NCBI RefSeq assembly: GCF_028641065.1
Contig: NC_073379.1
Span: 12,648,001 to 12,712,000, forward strand
From: Leucoraja erinacea
Taxonomy: Eukaryota
Direction: 5' to 3'
DNA: 64,000 nt
Shown: positions 1 through 13,029 of the stretch, one piece after another
Layout of the letters: the number at the start of each line of letters is the position of its first letter
Numbering within the stretch: position 1 is the stretch's first letter
Translations under genes and position numbers: made by a program
The notes under the pieces: model-generated
Databases searched by the model: none
What the model saw: only the letters and a program-made list of their open reading frames with translations
What the model was told of the DNA's origin: nothing

Positions 1-45
1 TCACTCATTCATACATCACTCATTCATTCATTCAATCATTCAGTC
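1..45. repeat. (TCAT)n-like microsatellite
   Basis: tcactcattc...cattcattcattcaatcattcagtcatt at window start. Confidence 0.7.
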
Positions 46-2139
46 ATTATTCAGGAAATGTGGATCTGCACAGTCTGTCATTATCCATTCTTCCCAGGTT
101 TTCTCTGTTTTTCTCTGTGTCAAACCTTGTCTACCCATTTCAGCATCCAATTTGTCTATAACACACAGCATGGAAACAGGCCCTTTGGCCCCATCTGATA
201 TAATCCCATTTGCCGGCATTTGACCCATATCCCTCTAACCCTTTCGTGTCCATTGTGGACATTGGACTATGTCTCTGGAACTGATGCGCTACATTGCTGA
301 GAACTATATTCTACACTCTGCATCGTCCCATTTGCTCTACCTATCGTACTTGTTAGACATGGTTGTTTTTATGTGTAGCATAATCTGATGTTATTGTTTT
401 GCATGAAAAACAAATCTTTTTACTGCACCTCAGTTCATGTGACAATAATAAACCTGAACCTAAAGGTGAAAGAAACTTCAGGGGATGAAGGAGGGTCCTA
501 ACCCAAAATGTTACCTGTCCATCCCCTTCCACAGACACTGCCTGACCTAATGAATTCCTCGGGCACTCTGCGTTTGCTCACATCTGCAGTTCCTTGTGTC
601 TTCCATGCTCTGCTCTGTCTCTCCCCAGGCCCTTCACATTCTTTGCCTGAATAGCTCAAATGTGATGGTATTCTGTGAATGGAGCGCTGCAAGTCCAGAA
701 GGGGGTGAGCGAGTGAGGTTTAGGATTAGGCTTATTATTGGCACGGCTATTGAGGTGCAGTGACAAGCTTTGCTTTGCATGGCATCCACTCAGATTAGAT
801 AATATGATACATATTTGCAATCAAGTGACACTCAAGTACAACAGGTAGAGCAAAGGGGAAGATCTACCAGAGATGCTCCAGGGTTCTCCAGAGATGCTGG
901 CTGACCCACTGCGTCTTAAGTTCATGTTCATAAGTTCAAGAAGCTGAATGAGGCCATTCAGCCCATCAAGTCTATGCCACCATTCAATCGTGGATGATGT
1001 ATCTTCCCCTCTCAACCCCATTCTCCTGCCCTCCCCCATAACCCCGACACCCATAATAATCAGGTGTCTTTCTTTGATAAACCAGTATCTACAGTTCCTT
1101 GACACACGGGAACGCCGTCCGTCCATTTCCCTCCACAGAAGCTGCCTGACCTGCTGAGTAGTCACCGCCTATGCTGTAACCATTCCGTGATGCTACCAAT
1201 TAATGTGATAAAAAAGATTTTCCTGTGGAATTACTGAAACTCATTTTAACTGGTCTTGTTCTGTCCACAGAAGGAATCGGGACTGATCCACCGCTGGAGG
1301 CTGAGACACCCATTTTCTTCATCCATATGCACATCTGCCGCTCTTTCCACACTGCCTGCCTCCGCTGATCTCGGCTGCGCTTGTAAAGGCAATCATTCGA
1401 TGCGCGATGCATAGGCCCAAGACCAAATTTCGTCCTGCCTACGAGCTATCCATCACAGTTGTACCCCACCCTAGCTTTCCCACTGGGATTTATGTACGAT
1501 TATTCCCAATAATAATTCTGGACATGAATATACCAGTAACTAAACTTCACAAACACTCAGGGGGTGAAATTTGGGAACATTTATTTTGGGCTGAGTGTGG
1601 GGAAAGAGCAGCGAGGAGTAAGAGGGAGAGGCGATGATGAGCGTGGAGGGAATAGGTCAGGGGAGTGGTGGGATATGGAGATTTAGATTAGAGATAGAGC
1701 ATGGGAGTACACCCTTTGGCCCACCAATCCACGCCATACATTGATCACCCACGCATATTAGTTCTAGGATATCCCACTAGCTCATCAGAAGTTGGGAATG
1801 TACATACAGGGCAGACAGGCATAATAAAATGCATTCAAGACCGAAATGAACCACAAGTGAAGATACAGTAGAAGGGTAAACAATGGCAACCTTTCACAAA
1901 GTTGCATAATTATTCACACAAGTATAATTGTACAGAATTGCACACAGAATTATTATCAGCATATAACACACATGTCATATATATGAACAAACATGTATTT
2001 GCATACACAATCCATGTACTGCTGATGCACGCATTTACAAATAACACATGCATAAGCAGACAAGAGTACATGTAGACATGGTGCAGGATGGTACTATGGC
2101 ACATCAATGCACACACACAAACACACATCATACTAGTTT

Positions 2140-2372
2140 ACGTTACCTCATTTTTATATACACTCTTTACACACCAGCGGAAATTTACAGAGACCATTAA
2201 CCTACAAACCCTGGGCTGTGGGATGTGGCAGGAAACCAGAGCACCAGGAGGAAACCCAGAGGGTTGCAGGGCGAACGTACAAATTCCACACAGACAGCAC
2301 CCAAGGTCAGGATCGAACCCGTGTCTCTGGCGCTGTGAGGTAGCAACTCTACCCATTGCACCACTGTGCCGC
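2140..2372 (-). mobile_element. tRNA-derived SINE (V-SINE-like)
   Basis: Minus strand reads ggcggcacagtggtgcaatgggtagag...gggttcgatcctgacc (pol III A/B-box-like head) then gctgtctgtgtggaatttgtacgttc core; related copies at ~3850-4510(-), 28720-28930(+), 32345-32575(+), 49280-49480(+), 51925-52155(+). Confidence 0.75.
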
Positions 2373-2454
2373 CCATCATCCGCACACAGGGTTACCATAG
2401 AAATTCTAGATCGGAAAACAGGGTTGAGGGAGAGGTACCATTTAATGTGGAGTT

Positions 2455-2745
2455 ACATAGAAACATAGAAAATAGGTGCAGGAGGAGGCCATTCGACCCT
2501 TCGAGCCAGCACCGGCATTCCTTGTGATCATGGCTGATCGTCCCCTATCAATAACCCGTGCCTGCCTTCTCCTCATATCCCTTGATTCCACTAGCCCCTT
2601 AGCTCCATCTAACTCTCTCTTAAATCCATCCAGTGACTTGGCCTCCACTGCCCTCTGTGGCAGGGAATTCCATAAATTCACAACTCTCTGGGTGAAAAAG
2701 TATTTTCTCACCCAGAGACTTAAATGACCCCCCCTTTATTCTAAG
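2455..2745 (-). mobile_element. CR1-type LINE 3' fragment
   Basis: ORF MRKYFFTQRVVNLWNSLPQRAVEAKSLDGFKRELD is the CR1 ORF2 C-terminus; catagaaa tail repeat. Confidence 0.85.
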
Positions 2746-4049
2746 ACGTTGGGAAGAGCTCCTCTCTCCTTGTGACCTCCCAGTCACGAATAATTTCAAA
2801 GCCCAGCTGGTGGGCTACAGGCAGTCAAATGGATGGTTCCTTCTCCTTGGGTCTGTCAAGTCTCAGGGTGACCAGACCCGTATTTCCCCATAAAGAGTTC
2901 CTAATCCTTGCTAATTTTACCTTCCCCACTGTGGTGGAATGTGTTTTCACAGTCGTAGAGACATACGGCACACAGCAGACCCTTCAGTCCAACTCATGCG
3001 TGCCGACCAAGGTGCCTTATCCAAGCTAGTCTCGGAGTTTGTGAAAGTTTTTCGATGACGCTACAATGACTTGAAATGCAACAAATAAACCTGTTTTGTG
3101 CAAGGACGTTGGCTGTTCCTCTGTGATAATCTGCACTGCACTCAGTCAGAGCATTCAGCCCATCATCCCTGTTCTAGCCCATTTTTTTTTGGTCAGAATC
3201 AATGATTCAATGTTGCTTTTATTGTCACTTGTGCAAACACACAGTGACATTATTTGCCTTACACACAGTCCAGTAAGGTTTTGAGTTTAGTTTATTGTCA
3301 CGTGTGCCGAGGTATTGTAAAATGCTTTTGTTGTGTGCTAACCAGTCAGTGGAGAGACAATACCTGATTACAATCGAGCCATTCACAGTGTAGACACACA
3401 CATGACAAAGGGAACAATGTGAATAGTGTTTAGTGCAAAAAAAGTCCAGTAAAGTCCAATGAAAGATAGTCCGAGGGACTCTAATGCCATATTGCAATAC
3501 CTAACCACAATCCCCAATTACTGTACAGAAATATTCCACTGAGACTGCATGCAAGAGGCGCAAGGTTTTGCCGCCATTTAAAAGTCCAGTCTGAACTCCA
3601 GGTCTTATGAGCAGCTCCAGATCCAGGTGAGCCCCAGGCTGTTGCAGGGCCTCCAGCCATCACCTTCCATGGATGTCTAGATCCCTGGGAACCTCCTGCC
3701 GTGGACCTTGAGGGATTACCTTATTGGGGTGCATAAGATCACGAGGGGCATAGATAAAGTGAACCCTCACAGTCTTTTTTCCAGGGTAAAGGATTCAAAA
3801 ACTCGTGGACATAGGCTTAAGGCGAGAGGGGAGAGATTTAAGGGGGATCTTTTAGTTTAGTTTAGAGATACAGCGTTGAAACAGGCCTTACGGCCCACTA
3901 AGTCCACGTCGAACAAAGATCACTCATACACTAGTTCTATCTGCCATACAAGTGACAAGTTACAGAAGCCAATTAACTTACAGACCTGTACGTCTTTGGA
4001 ATGTTGGCGGACACCGGAGCACTCGCTGCGCCCGCCGCTGAAGCCGCAG

Positions 4050-4420
4050 GCGGGTCTCTGCACGTCCTCCGTCCTGCCTTCTCCCCATATCCCCTCACTC
4101 CGCTATTTTTAAGAGCCCTATCTAGCTCTCTCGTGAAATAATCCAGAGAACCTTCCTCCACCGCCCACTGGGGCAGAGAATTCCACAGACTCACCACTCT
4201 CTGTGAGAAAAAGTGTTTCCTCGTCTCCGTTCTAAATGGCTTACTCCTTATTCTTAAACTGTGGCCCCTGGTTCTGGACTCCCCCAACATCGGGAACATG
4301 TTTCCTGCCTCCAAGCCCTTAACAATCTTATATGAGATACCCTCTCATCCTTCTAAACTTCAGAGTGTACAAGCCCATTTTCTCAGCATATGACAGTCCC
4401 GCCATCCCGGGAATTAACCT
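4050..4420 (-). mobile_element. CR1-type LINE 3' fragment nested in a SINE
   Basis: ESRTRGHSLRIRSKPFRTETRKHFFSQRVVSLWNSLP; SINE halves flank it at ~3850-4020 and ~4420-4510. Confidence 0.75.
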
Positions 4421-4910
4421 TGGAGAACGTACAAACTCCGTACAGATAGCACCCGAGGTCAGCATCGAACCCGTGTCTCTGGCGCTGTAAGACAGCAACT
4501 CTACCGCTGTATCGCTGTACCTGTCATGTGAGCAGTTAATCACAAGTTCCCTTTCGCAAGATGTTATTAAAATATTTCTGCTGCGATCAGCTGGTGCACA
4601 TTGCACAACTAACCCTCCTGGTCCTATTGTTTGGTAGAACCTCAGGCGCCACTTCCTCACTTCTCTTGTACAAATATCTGCGCATTACAATTATCATTGG
4701 AGTTGTGACCTGAGCCCTTGATTGAGACGCTCTTTATATGCGGCGTGTACAATAAAGAATGCTGCTGATGTAACGAGTCTTTCAGACTCACTTCGGGGAG
4801 ATATTTCGACAGTCCCTTGAAGCTTCCACCGAGATCGTTTGTCCAAATTGTGGGAGGAGGAAGTTGAAGAAATCGCGCCTGTTTCCAGGATTGGATATTC
4901 TTTCACTATT

Positions 4911-4989
4911 CCCGGTCACCCTGTCGGACACTGGGTCATCGAATGCCTGAAGACGCCTGGCGATTATACACACTGGGATAAAGAGATGG
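4911..4989 (-). pseudogene. relic 5' end of a NAR-type V exon (paralog of 22474-22545)
   Basis: Near-identical to 22474-22545; minus strand tataatcgccag|GC GTC TTC AGG CAT TCG ATG ACC CAG TGT CCG = acceptor + GVFRHSMTQCP; similarity stops after about 45 coding nt. Confidence 0.6.
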
Positions 4990-5929
4990 ATCACAATATA
5001 AACATTATCTTAAATATCACATATTTGTTTAGTTGATAACAAGAGAAAAGGTCATTTATAGCAACATAGAAAATAGGTGCAGGAGTAGGCCATTCGGCCC
5101 TTCGAGTGGTTCTAAATCCATTAAAGTACTGGAAATGAAAAAAAAAAAAGCTGTCTGAAAATACTGTTCACAGACTCAGAGACCCAAGAATAAAAATATT
5201 GAAAAGTAAATTGTGCAATTCAGGAAGCCTTTGAAGCATTCTACATAAGTGGATTCTGAAGATCCAGGACGCAGCCAAACCCAAGTAAGCATCTTTCTGA
5301 ATTCATTAGATTTGCCCACCTTAAAAGTGGAACAAAAAATACAATGAATTGAGACATAACAGAGGGTGAATTAAAAATTGCAATTAGTAGGCTCAAGCTG
5401 AGCAAGTCACCAGGATCTGATGGTTATTCGGCAGAATGGTCATAGCTGACAGCAACCAACAAGACTACATAAATGCTATTGAAAATCCTTGGGTAAAATT
5501 GACTTAAAATGTGGAAAACAGTTATAACAGTATAATTTATAGGAAGACATTACAATCCTAAATGGTGCGCATATGACACAGACTTTACTCCTAATAAATT
5601 AGATAGTATGTTTAAATACTGGACATTTAAAGGCATAACTGCTCTTTGTAACATTATGAAAGAAGGAAAACTGTTAAGTTTTGAAATGCTTAAAGAAAAA
5701 TTCCTGTTAGTAAAACAAGACTTCTATCGATACTTACAGATGCTGAACAACGCTAATAATAAAAATGTTACAATATAACGGCGTCGAGTATAGGTTTCAT
5801 GGGATCATTTAGGAAAGCGTATCTCAAATGTTGATAGTAAAATTATTTCATGTATGTATAAAGGGGGACTGAATCTTAATCACACTCAACATTATATATT
5901 AAAATGAAATGGGAGAAGGAAGGAGGGAT

Positions 5930-6235
5930 AATAGTAAGATTAAACGAGAACTTACCAGTTTGAAGTTTGATCTGTATTTTATGAGGAGTTACGATGAGGG
6001 ATTACGTGAAGAAGCCCGCCCCAGCACGCATTGCGGCATACTTCAAAGCAGCGGTGTGGAATCACAGATAGACACAAGATTTGAAGTAATATAGTAAAGA
6101 ATAAAGAGACATCAATTTATCAGTTTGATCCATGTAATGAGGGTGGGAGCGGAGGGCACGTAATCCCTCATCGTAACTCCTCATAAAATACAGATCAAAC
6201 TTCAAACTGGTAAGTTCTCGTTTAATCTTACTATT
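5930..6235. repeat. perfect 79-bp inverted repeat (DIRS 3' terminus vs ICR)
   Basis: 5930-6008 is the exact reverse complement of 6157-6235. Confidence 0.9.
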
Positions 6236-9200
6236 TTACTTCGGAGTCACGTGAGTGACTACGTGAAGATTTCAAAGCTTCTGTGATTTCAAACCGTGTA
6301 ACAGCTTTATATCACTCGCTGCCGAAGCCTTTGAGGGAGGAAGCGTGTTATCATAATGAACAAATGAATCTGTTTATAGAAAAACAATGGTATTTTTACA
6401 ATAACACTGAAGAAATTTAAATGCTCCCCTTGGCTAATTTAAAATATTTGCAGATCGGAATCTTCCCTGCAAATAAAACAGGTTTCGTCAACAGTTTATA
6501 ATAAATTATTTCTCTGAACGTTTACCCCCACCATTCTGCTGTAGTCAGGATGTGGTTTACAGGCACGTCCATTCTTTTGCCGTTGACGTGGAAGCTTGTC
6601 CTGGAATGAAAACTTTGTACATGTTAGTTTTATCCCAGGAGCTTTAATACCTGCTTGAGCCATATCAAAAAAGGCTTGTTACCCGACCACAAGGTTTTTT
6701 GTGACCAACCCACAAGGCTTTCCATCTCCCTCGAATAATTAGGTTGTGTCTATGTAAGGTAATAGGGTCATGGCACATTACCGTGTTTCTTGGCGGGTAA
6801 GCCCGGGTTTTATGACTGGATAAGGTGTTCCTGGTTTGGTTTGACCATTGCCTGGACAATGATAGAGATCTGGTCTGAAGCTGTGAGCATGGTGTCCAGT
6901 AGTAAATAAGAGTAGTGACTGGACCCTCTGTGCTGCTCTGTGTGCCTTCAACAATGTGTTTAGTGCATAGAAGGTTCAGGTTTAGGGCTCTGGCTGGTGG
7001 GTATCCCCTGAAGTATGGTTAACCACTGTGACATCCCATATATGGGTGTACCTGGTCTAGGGGTTTAGAGTTTTAATACCCTTCAAATTTACCACCAGCC
7101 AGTGACCCCATGGCCTGTTGTCCTGTAGCTGTTTTGAAACAACAGGCAGGGCAATTCTAGCTGTGTTGATGGTACTGTAGTCGAATCCTTCATCGTGATG
7201 AAGGTTCTCCAGGAATTCCAGTTCGTAGTACCTGTATCGGATGAGTAGGTTTTCCCTGCATCCTTGCAGTACTTCTCTTGATGCTGGAGAAGTGTTGTAG
7301 TCCAGTGGATGTTCAAAAGGATGCTGTCATGGTGTCGATTGTTCAGTATAACAATCCCAGTCCCAGAGGCTTGCGCAGAATCTGCAGCTCAGGAGCTTAT
7401 TTTTTCCTATGGCACAGTTGACTTGTGCCCGGCTCCAATTGTTAATAATTCTGGGTACTGGGAAATACCATCCAAGTTTCAACAACCATGTCATGGCGTA
7501 AAGAGAAACAATGGCTGCGTAAATCCGTCAGGTACTATCAAATACCTGAAGCAGAATCCTTTTGTACTGTGCGTTGTTCTCGATTGGTGAGGCAGAAGGG
7601 AAAAAATACATAGAATTAATTTCACCAATGCAGCGTGAACGCATTTGTCTATCAATATTATAAATACATTCTTGAATGACAACATGACCTATAGGCCAGA
7701 AAAGTTAACATATATAGCTGACGAGCTTTCTGCTGGAACTATCTGTCCCAGAGAAATTTTTAATGAGGATTCCACTGCCCCAGGGTCTGGTTTCCCCCGC
7801 GACATACATAGGACATCCCCGAACACCTGGTGATATAGCGTTGATGCAAATAATCGATATCAGATTCACATTCCATTTTAATTGTCATTGTCATTGTGCA
7901 GCACAGAGACAATGAAATGCATTAATATCTGTTGCATCATATAGCTTGATAGTTTTGTTAAAACTTTATATGAAAACATCTAATTGATGTTGTCCTTAAT
8001 ATTATGTGACCTGGTGTCTGTCACTGTATTTTGTTCACCGGGCAGGTAAGTTGTTGATAGTCAAATACATCTATGGATATACCATTCCCAAATTGTTTTG
8101 ACCAACTTGTCATATGATACCGACTTTATGCTGCCATATGGTTAATATAGGCCACCTCCATTGTGTAGTCTATTTATACCCATACATGCAAGTGCTTTAA
8201 AACTCATAAAATTCACCCGAACATTTTTTAGATAATTAATGCCCAGTATAAGTGGTAACCCCACCACTGTCTTTCTGATATTACTTCAGTGGGTAACTTC
8301 ATGAGATGCTCAATGACAACCTATATGTTGTTTTTGATACTAACATCTGAATCATGTAGACAGAAATGGTACCATTTTTTCCCAATTACTCTGTTATTTG
8401 TCGAATAGTTGGTAGTTTGACCATTAATTTGTTGCTTGTTTGTGCCAATTCAACTATGTTGTCTCTTGGCACATTATAGTTACGTGGACTGAATTAATAT
8501 GAAAGCCAAGATAGTCCAAGAAAGCGCTCTATATGCTGGTAGGAACCAGACCCACCTACCTCCATGGTTATTGGCGGTTTTGTGTTTTCTGTTTTCTGAG
8601 TGCTTTTGTTCTGATGACGTGCTGGCGACGTTGGGGGGAGGCGCATTTTCCAGGGGGTCCGCGGCGGGCCCTTATCTAAAAGATCTTTGGGGATAGTGCG
8701 GCCCCAAGCGTTCACCAGTCCCATATTCTAGACATCGACTGGTGGATGCCGTGGGGTGCTGCTGCTTGGGTATCGGAAGTCGTGGTTTGCTCGTCCCGGG
8801 GCCTGCCCTCATGATGCTGAAGGTTTTTAATGCCTCTTCCATCGCCTTCAGCTTTTTGTTCAGATCTCTCCCAAATGGCAGTGAGTCTGCCTCCGCAGCT
8901 GGGGCTTTGCTCAAGCCTGCAAATTTTGAGATTGAGGGCAGGTGTTATATTTCCCTTCGGAGATTGTTTAGTTCGAATTGTGTGGTACACCTTAATACCA
9001 GCACTTTCTGGTGGTATGTGTTCATCTCATCTCCACAGAACGAGCATATGTTTGAGGCTTATTCCCCTTAAGGGCCTCACAGTTGTCTGGTGCTGTATGT
9101 TCTTGCAGCTCCTTGGCGAGCACCTTTTTTAGTAGAGTTTTGTGCTGGCTGCCATTGTTTTGGCTCCGGCGGTGCTCCAGCCTGTGGGGTTGCTACGAAG

Positions 9201-10578
9201 CGGTCCACCACACCCAACAGCTGTTCCTGTTCCTGCACCCCATGCATACTCCCGATTTTGTCCGCCTGCCCCATTTGCAGACCAGCCCTGCCCTGGTCAC
9301 CAATGCTAGCCTCCTGCTCCAACCCGTGGTATGAGGGTAGCAAAGGGCAGTGCCTGACACGACACTATGGAGGAGGTGCCTGTCCTGTCTCGCCGGGAGC
9401 GCTGCTGTTCCCGATGGACCTTCTCCTCCAGGAGCTGCTAAATGCAGCTCAGGCGGCTGCCTCTCTCTGCTTTGGTAGAGACATGTCCCCCTCCGACGAA
9501 TCGGAGACCACCGGCCGTTTGGCTTCCTGGCCGCTTTCCCAGTCCGCCGTGCAGGCTCTGGCGAGACTGGCTTGGCTCGGTCTCAGGGACAGCGAAAAAC
9601 GCTCTGCGAGCGACGCTGCCGCCGGTTGCTGCCCCGCTGGTAGAGTTGGAGCGGGGCAGTTTCTCTTTGCGAGTTTTTTGCGTTGTGTTCCTGAAATCTG
9701 TAATAAAACACAACTGCAAACTCACCTTTCCTATGCCCAAGAGCTGCTCCTGCAGCTCAGGCGGCTGTCTCTCCCCCTCCTGGGTAGAGAGACGTCCCAG
9801 TCCGATGTCGGCTCCATCGCCCGGTTTTACACACATCCAGCCCGCTGCTCAGGCGCTAGCGGGGTGGCTCGGTCGCGGTGTCGGGTTTGCGGACCGCCCG
9901 CTAAGCGGTCCTACCGCCAGTTGCTGCCCACTGACGTTCTTTCGTCGAGCGGGCAGGTGCATTTTCCCCCCAGCCCGCTGCTGATGCTGACGGGCTTGGT
10001 GCAGTGTCGGGAGCGGGCCGCTGATTAGCAGTCCTTGCTCTCTCTCTCTCTCTGCACTCGGCTGCTGCTCACCTGCGCTCGGGCTGCAGCACACTCACGC
10101 CAGCACTGCACAGTGGGTCCCCTTACCGGCTCCGCAAAAGTCGGAAGCCTCCTCCCGCCCCTGCCTGCCTCACCTGGACAGTACTCGAGGGCGAGCGAGG
10201 ACTGAGGGGACCTCCAACACAGTGCTAGCGCCGTCTTCCTGCGCTCTCTTGTCGCCCCTGTGGAGAGTTACCGGCACCGGCACAGCTCCCATCCATGGTC
10301 CGCCGTGAGTGCGGTCCTGGTAGCGTCTTTCCTCCCCTCCCGACAACGGAAAAAACTCCTCCCGGAGTCCAAGGGGGCCGCTTGCATGCCCTGCGGGGAA
10401 CAAGCAGACGCAAAGGGGCTGTAAAAATAAAGGTAAGTACTTACCTAAACTTAGTTTTTCTCGTTTCTGCGGGAGCCCTGTCTCCCGCCTGCCGCTGTTG
10501 CCTGCTGAAACGTAATGCCGCAATGCGTCCTGGGACGGGCTTCTTCACGTAGTCACTCCCGTGACTCCGAAGTAAAAT
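5930..10578 (-). mobile_element. DIRS1-type tyrosine-recombinase retrotransposon (full termini, decayed ORFs)
   Basis: Inverted terminal repeats (~6004-6040 vs ~10514-10550); internal complementary region 6157-6269 matches both ends; gag-like remnants ~8670-9600; decayed RT/RNaseH ~7900-8480; DAM-like remnants (DID..., YVxxKPDPGAV) ~7600-7860; YR C-terminal remnant (HS...ASTS...VPVNHILTTAEW) ~6520-6610. Confidence 0.85.
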
Positions 10579-10702
10579 CATATCCGAGGAAGAATGGACA
10601 ACAATATGGAGGTGTCAATGGAAGTGTACCAGCTCACAAAACTGGAGGGAGTTTAGTTGGAAAAGGCAAATTTTATTACGCCTTCTCAGAAATCCCATTA
10701 TG

Positions 10703-12276
10703 ACTTTTTTCAAAAAAGTCGACCCCATTGTTACAAGTTTTATCTGGGATTATAAGAATCATAGAATAAGTAAAAAACATTTATGTAAGTCAAAGATAAA
10801 TGGAGGTTTGGCTTTGCCAAATTTCTTGTTTTATTTTTGGGCAGTCCATATTAAAAACATGAATTTCTGGCTGGAAGAAATGGATCAACAACCAGATTGG
10901 TTAAGGATGGAAAAGAAAGACTGTTTACCTTTTGAAATTGGACCGATCATATTTGCTACCACCAAACTGCACAAAAAAACCTATAGGGAAAACCCCATAA
11001 TACATAGTGGAATACGAATTTGGAAACAATTTTAAAAAGTTTTAAAATTGAAAAATATACCACTATGCCTTCCCATTGTAAATAATCCCTTATTCAACCC
11101 ATCCTTTTTGGATAAGGGTTTCACACAATGGAAAAATTATGGAATTAAAAAGATTGGACATCTTTATGGGAAAGGCACTTTTCTTTCATTTCAGGAGTTA
11201 CAACAGAATCGTGGACTGCACTCAAATAATTCCTTCAGATATCTACAAATTAGAGATTATGTTAAATCTAACAAATATGTCTACAGGACTAGGGAACCAG
11301 AAATCCTTGACGAATGTTTGAAAAAACATCCTAACACTGAAAAATTAATACCTTATATTTATAACACCCTCCTAAACAATGAGGTACCACCGACGGAACC
11401 ATATAGACACACATGGGAAATGAATTAGGTCATCCTATAACGAAAGATTTGTGGGACGAAATTTTCAACATATACATCAATGTTCGTTAAATGCCAGGCA
11501 TGCTTTAATACAATTTAAAGTCTTACATAGATTACACTAAAATAAAACTAAATAGAATCTTCCCACAAATCTCTCATATTTGTGATAAATGTCTACATCT
11601 AGATGCTAATTTAACACATACGTTTGCAAATTGTATAAAAATTAAACATTTCTGGACTGATATTTTTGAAATAATTTCAGAAATTATTAATACAAAACTG
11701 GATCCAAACTCAAAATTTATAATACTTGGAATATCAGAGCAAAGTTTAACACTCACAACAAGCCAAAGAAATTTCCTCGACTACAGTATAATAACCGGGA
11801 AAAAATTAATATTAAAATTTTGGAAAGGCCCTACGACCCCCACAATTAAAATGTGGATTGTAGAAATGTCGGAGACCCTATATCTAGAAAGAATTAGACT
11901 TGTCTTAATGGACAAACAAGAACGTTTTGATAAAATATGGGCTCCATTCATTAATTATCTGACGGGATAGATTGGCCCAGCACGAAAACCCAACTGAAAC
12001 TTGAACTCAGGATTAGATGAAAAGTCATACTATATAATCTACGAACCTATCTCCAATGACGTATTATAATCCATTCCACATTTTTTGTGTTTTTTTTATA
12101 TTTGTGACTCTTTTTTCTCTCTTTCTCTCTTTTTCTATATAAAAAAAACCCACTAGAAGCAGAAGTAATCGACAATTGAACATTTTAATAATGTATGACT
12201 GATGTATATGAAAAGTTTTTTTACTATAGTATGTAACTATACTTTATAATATGTCTACTTCTAATTAAAAAAAAAA
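10703..12276 (+). mobile_element. 5'-truncated L1-type LINE with poly(A) tail and 13-bp TSD
   Basis: ORF2 C-terminal ORFs 10700-11035 and 11048-11428 (FIW...GGLALPNFLFYFWA, FRYLQIRDY); CDKC...HTFANC zinc knuckle ~11580-11635; poly(A) 12267-12279; TSD aaatcccattatg at 10690-10702 and 12277-12289. Confidence 0.9.
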
Positions 12277-13029
12277 AAATCCCATTATGGGAACTGGAGA
12301 AAATGTGGAGATTTAAAGTCCTCTGGGATTGCCCTGTTATTAAAGTTTTTGGAGAGAGTTACATGATGTCTTACAATACATTTTTAGATATCAAGTGTCT
12401 CTGGAGAATAAGACCATGTTTTTTTTTTTGGATTCATACATGAAGACTGGCGAAAAAAAGACAAATATTTACTGAATATATTGATTGTAGCTGGTAAAAA
12501 AATCACTCACAAAGAAATGGTTATCACAGGAGAGCCCAACTCTGAATGCATGGATGGACATCACAATGGACATTTATAAAATGGAGAAAATAACAACATA
12601 TGTTAACTTAAAACTAATTATTTGTGTGACGCTGTGAAAACTGGGTTAACTATTTAACGTCTCATATGCCAGACTTCTTTTTTACAATTTGTTAATTATA
12701 TGGTAAAGAAAGAATCACTCCCTAAGTGTTTGTAGTTTTTACAGTGTTCCTGTTTCTATATTTGTTTTGTACAATTCTCAAAAAGTGGCAATTGAAGACA
12801 AACATAAATGGATGATGTGTACATATAGCATTATACCTGAAACCCGTTTTATGGAAATGTGTTTGCCGTGGAATGCCAATAAAAGAGTTGTTAAAAATAA
12901 AATAAAATAGCTCGCAACAGTGATGAGCCACATGTTGCATCGGTCTTTCTAACGAGAGGCCTTGACTACTGGGTAAAGATGTTTTACTTCATTTAGTAAT
13001 AGGTCTGGTGAGAAGTCTGATGAGAAGAT

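Larger units (their letters stand above)
5110..12908 (+). mobile_element. old, internally deleted L1/Tx1-type LINE split by two later insertions (pieces ~5110-5929, 10579-10702, 12290-12908)
   Basis: LSKSPGSDGYSAEW at ~5398; reading frame KWEKEGGI|IISEEEWTTIWRCQWKC joins across the DIRS insertion; A-rich tail aataaaa...aaataaaataaaat near 12880-12908. Confidence 0.75.

Noticed and set aside
2300-2372. tRNA-like A/B boxes
   Set aside because: SINE heads, not complete tRNA cloverleafs
629-3640. Exon-like plus-strand segments with AG/GT borders (~629-704, ~1271 onward, ~3529-3626)
   Set aside because: No recognisable protein motif or consistent frame; a gene entering from the left cannot be excluded but is unsupported
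9090-10028. 312-aa plus-strand ORF
   Set aside because: Antisense to the GC-rich gag/5' region of the DIRS element; no recognisable domain
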